Part shown: piece by piece, positions 58,023-64,000 of the stretch
How the letters are laid out: every line of letters starts with the position of its first letter
How positions within the stretch are numbered: position 1 is the stretch's first letter
NCBI GenBank assembly: GCA_030834125.1
Contig: JAURFW010000001.1
Span: 4,821-68,820, forward strand
Source of the DNA: Bacteroidota bacterium
Lineage (GTDB): Bacteria; Bacteroidota; Bacteroidia; NS11-12g; UBA955
Length of the DNA stretch: 64,000 nt
Reading direction: 5' to 3'
Position numbers and translations under genes: made by a program
Notes under the pieces: generated by a model
Database searches by the model: none
What the model was told of the DNA's origin: nothing
Seen by the model: the letters and a program-made list of their open reading frames with translations, nothing else

Positions 58023-58030
58023 CAAAAATA
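58023..58030 (-). promoter_or_regulatory. Bacteroidota -7 promoter box for nuoA-H (minus strand)
   Basis: Plus-strand CAAAAATA equals TATTTTTG on the minus strand. It ends 8 nt before the nuoA ATG at 58014. Confidence 0.45.
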
Positions 58031-58105
58031 ATACAACCTAAGCGTTGAATTGTTTAATTTATTGGGAGAAATGCAAAAAATATTAACATGTTTTGTCTTA
58101 AAACT

Positions 58106-58113
58106 TATTTTTG
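58106..58113 (+). promoter_or_regulatory. Bacteroidota -7 promoter box
   Basis: TATTTTTG lies 20 nt upstream of ATG 58134. Confidence 0.45.
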
Positions 58114-58133
58114 CTTCTAAACGTTTGTAAAAT

Positions 58134-58931
58134 ATGAATAAAAAAATACTAAAGCCCGTAATTCTCACAGCCTTTTTAGGTGTATCAATTTTAATGTTTC
58201 TTGGTAACTCAAGTGGACCCGGAGGAAACAGAACAGGTTCACCTAAATCGGCAGGATCTTGTAGTGGTTGTCACTACAGCTCTATGCTCGATGGCTCAAT
58301 TACTGTTGAATTGATCGATCCAACAACTTCAGAGGTCGTTACTGGTACTTACATGCCTGATAAAACCTACACAATTAAAGTTACTATGAATGGTAACTCA
58401 AGTAAGATGGGATTTCAAGTAACATCTATGGATGGTTCTAACGTTAAAGCAGGTTCAATATCTAATTCACCAACAAATACTTCAATTTATTCGGCTTCAG
58501 GTGCGGAGATTTGGGGACATACATCTCCTGCAACAAATCAAAATACAAATAGTTGGGAAGCCTCTTTTACCGCTCCAACTGCAGGTACTGGAATAATAAC
58601 ATTCTATGCTGCTGGTATTGTTGCAAACGGAAATGGAAACAATTCGGGCGATGAAGTTGTAACCAATTCTTTCTCATTTGAAGAATCCAAAACTAATGAA
58701 GTTATATCGGTAAAAGACGTTAAACCTCATATCTGGATTAATCACAATACTGGTCAATTTATTTCAGATGTAAAATTGACTGAAGTGGCCATTTGGAATA
58801 ATCAAGGACAATTAATTTCAAAAATGAAAAACACCAATTCTATTGAGTTAATAAACTATCCAAAAGGTATTTACTATGTTAATTACAAAGGTCAAACAGA
58901 TAAATGGAATTCAACAGCAATTAGCTGGTAA
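58134..58931 (+). CDS. Secreted CXXCH-motif protein with a T9SS type-A CTD
   Basis: Signal/anchor segment, then GNSSGPGGNRTGSPKSAGSCSGCHYS (a single CSGCH), a beta-rich middle, and the C-terminus KGIYYVNYKGQTDKWNSTAISW. Confidence 0.6.
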   Translation: MNKKILKPVILTAFLGVSILMFLGNSSGPGGNRTGSPKSAGSCSGCHYSSMLDGSITVELIDPTTSEVVTGTYMPDKTYTIKVTMNGNSSKMGFQVTSMDGSNVKAGSISNSPTNTSIYSASGAEIWGHTSPATNQNTNSWEASFTAPTAGTGIITFYAAGIVANGNGNNSGDEVVTNSFSFEESKTNEVISVKDVKPHIWINHNTGQFISDVKLTEVAIWNNQGQLISKMKNTNSIELINYPKGIYYVNYKGQTDKWNSTAISW

Positions 58932-58954
58932 TTTTAGTTTAATAAATAAAAAAA

Positions 58955-58984
58955 AGGCACTCTACTGAGTGCCTATTTTTTTTT
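58955..58984. terminator. Bidirectional rho-independent terminator
   Basis: AGGCACTC-TACT-GAGTGCCT forms a perfect 8-bp stem flanked by an A-run (58947-58954) and a T-run (58976-58984). The hairpin overlaps the last codons and stop of mltG. Confidence 0.8.
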
Positions 58985-59990
58985 GTAACTTATCTAATTT
59001 TCGTTGAAATTTTCTGGCATTGACTAAATGCTCATTATAGGTTTTAGCAAAGTTATGATATCCAGATAAATCATCTTTTGCACAAAAATAGAGATATTGG
59101 TGTCCAGAATAATTTAAAACGGCATCAATTGAATTTATATTAGGAATACAAATAGGTCCAGGAGGCAACCCTTTATGAATATATGTGTTGAACGGACTTT
59201 CTAACAACATATCTTTTTTATAGACCCTTCCTCCCTTCCCCCGAATAAACACAAGCGTTGGATCAGCTTGTAATTTCATTCCTCTTCTGTAACGATTAAT
59301 ATATACGCCAGCAATGTTTTCATACTCAGCTGATTTATTACTCTCTTTAGTCACGATACTAGCAATAGTGTAAGTTTCAATTTGAGAAATACTTTGACTT
59401 TGCAATTTGCTTATTCTAATAGAATCCCAAAATTTATTTTTCTCAATTTGCATTCTTTCAAAAAGTTCAGAAATTCCTGACTTCATAGCAATATTGTAAG
59501 TATTCGGAAGAAATAAACTTGGCCATGTATATTTATTTACATCAAAAATTGACAATTGAGATTCATCGTTTATGAAAATTTCAAACTCTTCTTTAGAGAT
59601 CAATAATTTGCTCGTTACTGTAGAAATGAGTTTCCCAGTATTACTCCCAGGTATAATAACGAGATTTACGGTTTGGCCTCTATGTTTTCGTAATTTACTG
59701 AGGAGTGAAATAAAATTTATTCCATTGTCAACTACAAACTTGCTTGGACTTGGCTTGTATCCCAACTTTGATGCCCAAAAACTAAATCCACCTGGAACAT
59801 ACAAACCAAGGGAATCACGTACATAATTATCAAGTTGTTTTTCTGTAATATTCCTAGGTATTACTATTTGCTTGTAACCTTGAGTAATTGTTTTCTGGAA
59901 ATAAAATATTGAGAGAAAAAACAATATAAAAATCAATCCAGAAATCCCCATCCAATAAAATGCTGTTCTATACTTGCCTCTTTTACTCAT
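58962..59990 (-). CDS. mltG: Endolytic murein transglycosylase MltG (YceG family)
   Basis: N-terminal TM anchor, plus LQADPTLVF and NTYIHKGLPPGPICIPN motifs. Confidence 0.88.
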   Translation of the reverse strand: MSKRGKYRTAFYWMGISGLIFILFFLSIFYFQKTITQGYKQIVIPRNITEKQLDNYVRDSLGLYVPGGFSFWASKLGYKPSPSKFVVDNGINFISLLSKLRKHRGQTVNLVIIPGSNTGKLISTVTSKLLISKEEFEIFINDESQLSIFDVNKYTWPSLFLPNTYNIAMKSGISELFERMQIEKNKFWDSIRISKLQSQSISQIETYTIASIVTKESNKSAEYENIAGVYINRYRRGMKLQADPTLVFIRGKGGRVYKKDMLLESPFNTYIHKGLPPGPICIPNINSIDAVLNYSGHQYLYFCAKDDLSGYHNFAKTYNEHLVNARKFQRKLDKLQKKIGTQ

Positions 59991-60056
59991 TCGACGTAAA
60001 ATTAATAGTTTTACCTAAAACAAAATTGTAATTACATGAATTAAATTCCACTAACC

Positions 60057-60064
60057 TATTTTTG
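60057..60064 (+). promoter_or_regulatory. Bacteroidota -7 promoter box
   Basis: TATTTTTG ends 5 nt before the dapB ATG at 60070. Confidence 0.4.
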
Positions 60065-60069
60065 TTGTA

Positions 60070-60789
60070 ATGAATGTGGCATTAATTGGGTATGGAAAAA
60101 TGGGAAAGACAATTGAAAGTCTTTCAGGCGAAATGAATTTTACGGTAACTCATAAATTTGATGAACTTAACCCATTTGAAAAATGCTCCGATTTAAAAGT
60201 GGATGTTGCCATTGATTTCACAACGCCTGATCTTGCCGTTAGGCATATAATCCATGCAATTAATTTAAAAATACCGATTGTTGTTGGCACTACAGGCTGG
60301 TACGATAGATTTAATGAGGTTTGTGAATATGTAAAAAATAATGATGGCAGTCTATTTTATGCAACTAACTTCTCTTTAGGGGTAAATTTGTTTTTTAATC
60401 TAACTGAAAAATTTACAAAATTGATGAATCCACATCAATCTTATACTGCATCACTTGAGGAAATTCACCATACAGAAAAATTAGACGCGCCTTCGGGAAC
60501 AGCTATCACAATTGGAGAAAAGCTCATTGGATCTTCAACACAATACAAATCTTTTGAATTAATTGAAAATAAAGAAACGCAATTTAACACTTCAATACTC
60601 CCAATTAGGGCAATTCGTGAACCAAATGTACCTGGAACTCATACTCTAAAGTTTGAAAGTGATGTCGACTTCATAGAAATAAAACATGAGGCAAAAGGTA
60701 GACTTGGTTTTGCAAAGGGTTCCGTTTTAGCCGCAAAATATATAATCGGAAAAACAGGCATACACACAATGAGTGACTTATTAAAATAA
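60070..60789 (+). CDS. dapB: 4-hydroxy-tetrahydrodipicolinate reductase
   Basis: MNVALIGYGKMG Rossmann start and the EIHHTEKLDAPSGTA signature. Confidence 0.9.
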   Translation: MNVALIGYGKMGKTIESLSGEMNFTVTHKFDELNPFEKCSDLKVDVAIDFTTPDLAVRHIIHAINLKIPIVVGTTGWYDRFNEVCEYVKNNDGSLFYATNFSLGVNLFFNLTEKFTKLMNPHQSYTASLEEIHHTEKLDAPSGTAITIGEKLIGSSTQYKSFELIENKETQFNTSILPIRAIREPNVPGTHTLKFESDVDFIEIKHEAKGRLGFAKGSVLAAKYIIGKTGIHTMSDLLK

Positions 60790-60796
60790 AATTGAA

Positions 60797-62344
60797 ATGA
60801 ACAGTTATAATCTTAACATATTTATTATCATCTGGATAACGGCATTTATCCTAACACGTTTAGGTTTATCTAAAATGTTTAAGCTAGCAGGCAAAAACCC
60901 ATTATTAGCCTGGATTCCTATTTTAAACTGGTGGTACTGGATACAATTGGTAAATAGACCCAAGTGGTATATGATTGGAATGATTATTCCTGGTCTTAAT
61001 ATATTATTTAGCTTCAATATTAAACTAGACATATTAAGAAGTTTTGGTAAGGATAAATTCTGGGAACAGTTTGCTGGTATCGTACTTACTTTTGCTTATT
61101 TCCCTTATTTGTTTTTTGATAAAAGTTTGAAATTCATAGGTGGCGCTGGCAGTAAGGAATGGCGTGAAAAGAACCTCAAAAAACAGGGTGGTATTAGAGA
61201 ATGGTCAGATGCTATTCTTTTTGCGGCTTATGTTGCAGGGGGAATGAGAGCATTGTATTTTGATCTATACCAAATCCCTACTCCATCTATGGAGTCAAAC
61301 CTTATGGTTGGCGATTATTTAGTAGTTAGCAGAACTAATGTGGGCATGAGAATACCACTAACACCTATTACGGTTCCTGTTCTAGCGCCAAAAGAAATAG
61401 CTGGAATTAAAGCATACTCAGAACTTGTAGAATTTCCATATATGAGACTTCCTGGTTGGTATACAATCCAAAACAATGATGTAATTGTATTCAATTGGCC
61501 AGCTGACAAAGGATTTCCAACTGATAAAAAAGATAACTACGTAAAAAGATGTGTTGGTATTCCAGGAGATAGTATTAAAATTATAAATAGCAAGGTAGTT
61601 GTAAATAACACTCCACTTCCTGCTTTTGGGAAGCAACAGCAGAGATATTTGGTACTTTTAAAATACCCTATGTCCACAGAATTCTTATTAGAAAATGAAT
61701 TGGGAGACTTCAATACTCCAAGTTCACTATCAAAATTAAATCAAGACAAAATCCAACAAGAAGGTTTATATCCTTATCATATTTACACTTGGAAAACAAA
61801 TAGCGAAAAAATCGCAAAATATACTGGTGTAGCCAGTTTAGAACTGGATATTGAAGATCAAGGATACGACAGGTTTTTATTTCCTGATGCGAGAAACAAT
61901 AAATACCTTAAACATGGTTGGGACTTAAATAATTACGGTCCATTTTATTTACCCAAAAGAGGTGAAACAATCAAGTTAACTTCAGAAAGTTGGGATTGGT
62001 ACAAATTAGCAATTCAAGAATATGAAGGAAGAGAAGATATTATTGAAAGTGAAGGAAAATTCTATCAAAAAGGTGGATCTGAACCAATTTCTGATTATAC
62101 ATTTAAATATGGATATTATTGGATGATGGGTGATAACCGATACAATAGTTATGATTCTCGCATGTGGGGATATGTTCCAGAAGATCACATTCTTGGCAAG
62201 CCTTTATTTACTTTCTTCTCATTGAGAAAAGTTATCGGCATAATGAATACTGAATACGGACCTCAACCTATGATTGAAGGACAAACCATGATGTATGAAT
62301 CTCACGGCATACGTTGGAACAGGATCTTTAGGAAAATTGAGTAA
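60797..62344 (+). CDS. lepB: Signal peptidase I with an N-terminal DUF5684-like membrane module
   Basis: Catalytic Ser box IPTPSMESNLMVGD, VKRCVGIPGD, and the box E GDNRYNSYDSRMWGYVPEDHILGKP. The N-terminus KLAGKNPLLAWIPILNWWYWIQLVNRPKWY is a DUF5684-type motif. Confidence 0.88.
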   Translation: MNSYNLNIFIIIWITAFILTRLGLSKMFKLAGKNPLLAWIPILNWWYWIQLVNRPKWYMIGMIIPGLNILFSFNIKLDILRSFGKDKFWEQFAGIVLTFAYFPYLFFDKSLKFIGGAGSKEWREKNLKKQGGIREWSDAILFAAYVAGGMRALYFDLYQIPTPSMESNLMVGDYLVVSRTNVGMRIPLTPITVPVLAPKEIAGIKAYSELVEFPYMRLPGWYTIQNNDVIVFNWPADKGFPTDKKDNYVKRCVGIPGDSIKIINSKVVVNNTPLPAFGKQQQRYLVLLKYPMSTEFLLENELGDFNTPSSLSKLNQDKIQQEGLYPYHIYTWKTNSEKIAKYTGVASLELDIEDQGYDRFLFPDARNNKYLKHGWDLNNYGPFYLPKRGETIKLTSESWDWYKLAIQEYEGREDIIESEGKFYQKGGSEPISDYTFKYGYYWMMGDNRYNSYDSRMWGYVPEDHILGKPLFTFFSLRKVIGIMNTEYGPQPMIEGQTMMYESHGIRWNRIFRKIE

Positions 62345-62415
62345 CTCAGGTTTAATCAATATTGAGATTTTACCTCTTATTTTGGACGGTGATAAGGAAT
62401 AATCATTGATTTGTT

Positions 62416-62433
62416 GGATCTTAATTAAGATCC
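62416..62433. terminator. 18-nt perfect palindrome (possible weak bidirectional terminator)
   Basis: GGATCTTAATTAAGATCC lies between the convergent lepB and the asparaginase-II-family gene. It contains the stop codon of the latter and has no clear U-tract. Confidence 0.3.
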
Positions 62434-63422
62434 ACAGGAAAACTTTCACCAACAACCTTACCTGAAAAATTCCGTAATTCAATTTTTCTATACTCTTCTA
62501 GTTTATTGTATTCCTTTTGTGAGACCCATCCGTTAATCTTCAAAATCTCTTGTACTACTTGATATTGCGGCCCCATCTTACCATCATCTATTTTTACTGT
62601 AATTCCAATGCCTTCAGAAGGTATTACTAACGAATAAATACCATCAGCACCGGTTTTCCCTATAATTCTCCCCTCGGTAACTTTGATTAAATCGGTACAG
62701 TATCTATTTGTGCCCGCTAACATTTCAGGATGCTTTTTAATTGATTCTAATATTACTTGAGAAGCTTTGTATTGGACTTTAGTAATGTTAGAATTAGGAT
62801 TACACAAATTTTTAAAGGCAATGGCCATATTTTTAACTGGCATTGCAAATGTAGGTGCACTACATCCATCGATTCCAGTAATTAAATCATTTTCATCGAC
62901 TTCATAATAAACCGAAACAGTTTTACGAATTTCCTTCTGCAATTTATGATCGAATTCCAGATAGCTTTCAATATCGTAACCTTTTTTCTTACACAAGGCT
63001 AAAAAACCTGCATGCTTTCCACTACAATTATTATGTACTTGCATCTCAGGTTTCCCAGTTCGAATAAGCTCTTCATAATCAGATTTTAATGTTGGTTTTT
63101 GAGCACCACATTTTAGGTGACTTTCATTCAAGCCCAATTTATCTAATATAGAATAGACTACTTCCTGGTGTTGATTTTCGCCATTATGAGAGCCACACAT
63201 AATTGATATCTCCTTGCTAGAAAATTCAAATACTTTATGAATACCTGATGAAATCAATGGAATGTGTTGAAATAGCTTCATTGCGCTTCTTGGATAGCTT
63301 ATCTGCTCTATATCCCCTTTTGAAAAAATTATCTCTCCTTGAGCATCAACAACGCACACAACCCCACGATGAAAACTTTCTAAAACCCCACCACGCCTTA
63401 CTTCAACCAATATTGGGTTCAT
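62421..63422 (-). CDS. Asparaginase-II family protein (Rhizobium-type L-asparaginase-like)
   Basis: MNPILVEVRRGGVLESFHRG..., YPRSAMKLFQ and HNNCSGKHAGFLALC motifs. The start is set at ATG 63422. The track ORF extension to 63542 overlaps pyrB. Confidence 0.75.
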   Translation of the reverse strand: MNPILVEVRRGGVLESFHRGVVCVVDAQGEIIFSKGDIEQISYPRSAMKLFQHIPLISSGIHKVFEFSSKEISIMCGSHNGENQHQEVVYSILDKLGLNESHLKCGAQKPTLKSDYEELIRTGKPEMQVHNNCSGKHAGFLALCKKKGYDIESYLEFDHKLQKEIRKTVSVYYEVDENDLITGIDGCSAPTFAMPVKNMAIAFKNLCNPNSNITKVQYKASQVILESIKKHPEMLAGTNRYCTDLIKVTEGRIIGKTGADGIYSLVIPSEGIGITVKIDDGKMGPQYQVVQEILKINGWVSQKEYNKLEEYRKIELRNFSGKVVGESFPVDLN

Positions 63423-63426
63423 ATTT

Positions 63427-64000
63427 TTACAAAGATTTTTGAGCAAGCAGAAATAAAACTGCCATTCTAATAGCCACACCATTCTCAACTTGTTGGAGAA
63501 TAATACTATTGTGAGAGTCAGCAACATCACTAGAAATCTCAACGCCTCTATTTATCGGACCGGGATGCATAATCAATAATTCTGGATTTACATTTTTCAT
63601 CCTTTCCATATTCAAACCATACAGCGTACTATATTCTCGTATTGACGGAAAATACCGTTCATCTTGGCGCTCCATTTGTATTCTCAGCATATTAGCAACA
63701 TCAGCCCACCTCAATGCATTATCAAGGTTTGTGCTAACTTTCACACCTGTTGATTCGATATACTTTGGTATTAATGTTGCTGGACCACAAACCATTACTT
63801 CTGCTCCTAGCAGTTGTAGACAATAAATATTACTTAAGGCTACTCTAGAATGCTTAATATCTCCAACAATTACAACTTTTTTTCCTGATAAATTGTTTTT
63901 GTAATGATTTCTCATCGAAAACGCATCCAATAATGCTTGTGTTGGGTGCTCGTGTGTTCCATCTCCAGCATTTATAATTTGACATTTAACATGCTTTGAA
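63427..64000 (-). CDS. pyrB: Aspartate carbamoyltransferase catalytic subunit (5' end outside the window)
   Basis: The frame is open to the window edge. NAGDGTHEHPTQALLD, VGDIKHSRVA and HPGPINRGVEI are ATCase signatures. Confidence 0.9.
   Translation of the reverse strand, partial: SKHVKCQIINAGDGTHEHPTQALLDAFSMRNHYKNNLSGKKVVIVGDIKHSRVALSNIYCLQLLGAEVMVCGPATLIPKYIESTGVKVSTNLDNALRWADVANMLRIQMERQDERYFPSIREYSTLYGLNMERMKNVNPELLIMHPGPINRGVEISSDVADSHNSIILQQVENGVAIRMAVLFLLAQKSL

Noticed and set aside
60797-61290. A long N-terminal extension on signal peptidase I could be a mis-fused upstream ORF.
   Set aside because: The extension is a coherent DUF5684-like membrane module (WIPILNWWYW...RPKWY) in frame with no internal stop. 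LepB proteins of about 500 aa with such N-termini appear to be the usual form in this phylum.
63423-63542. The ORF-track extension of the asparaginase-II-family gene (MRFLVMLL...) overlaps the 3' end of pyrB by about 115 nt.
   Set aside because: The conserved family N-terminus starts at MNPILVEV (ATG 63422), 4 nt after the pyrB stop. The upstream extension is hydrophobic read-through of the antisense-neutral pyrB tail.

Overview
This is low-GC chromosomal DNA from a Bacteroidota genome, probably a Flavobacteriia-like lineage. Lineage markers are many T9SS C-terminal sorting domains, an lpxC-fabZ fusion, a short Fe-S-only NuoG, TAnnTTTG -7 promoter boxes and no Shine-Dalgarno sites. About 55 tightly packed genes are present. 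I saw no transposase, integrase, phage gene, CRISPR array or rRNA, and there is one tRNA-Val(TAC). Recognisable housekeeping genes are hmgA, serC-serA-DUF1015, an M42 peptidase, an LpxL-type acyltransferase, an ArsR regulator, a K+-type membrane pyrophosphatase and an aspartate aminotransferase. Also recognisable are an RfaE-like kinase, a POT transporter, lpxD-lpxC/fabZ-lpxA, murF, mltG, dapB-lepB and pyrB plus an asparaginase-II-family gene. Complex I is encoded in two colinear blocks, nuoA-H (51.5-58.0 kb) and nuoI-N (21.5-27.6 kb), separated by a 24-kb wedge of unrelated genes. The best candidate for an undescribed system is a six-gene, translationally packed envelope operon at 5.8-13.4 kb. 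It encodes two DUF4214-like lipoproteins, a DUF1501-like alkaline-phosphatase-superfamily protein with a degenerate Tat signal, and a PSCyt-like CX4CH lipoprotein. It ends with a small Ig-like lipoprotein and a 1157-aa CUB-like/T9SS type-B surface protein. Other notable items are a 99-aa, 13-cysteine C-terminal tail on the pyrophosphatase and DUF1015 coupled to serC-serA. There is also a reversed-architecture OmpA-domain gene heading nuoI-N and a C25-like T9SS protein that seems to lack the His/Cys dyad. All family calls come from motif reading by eye, with no searches run.
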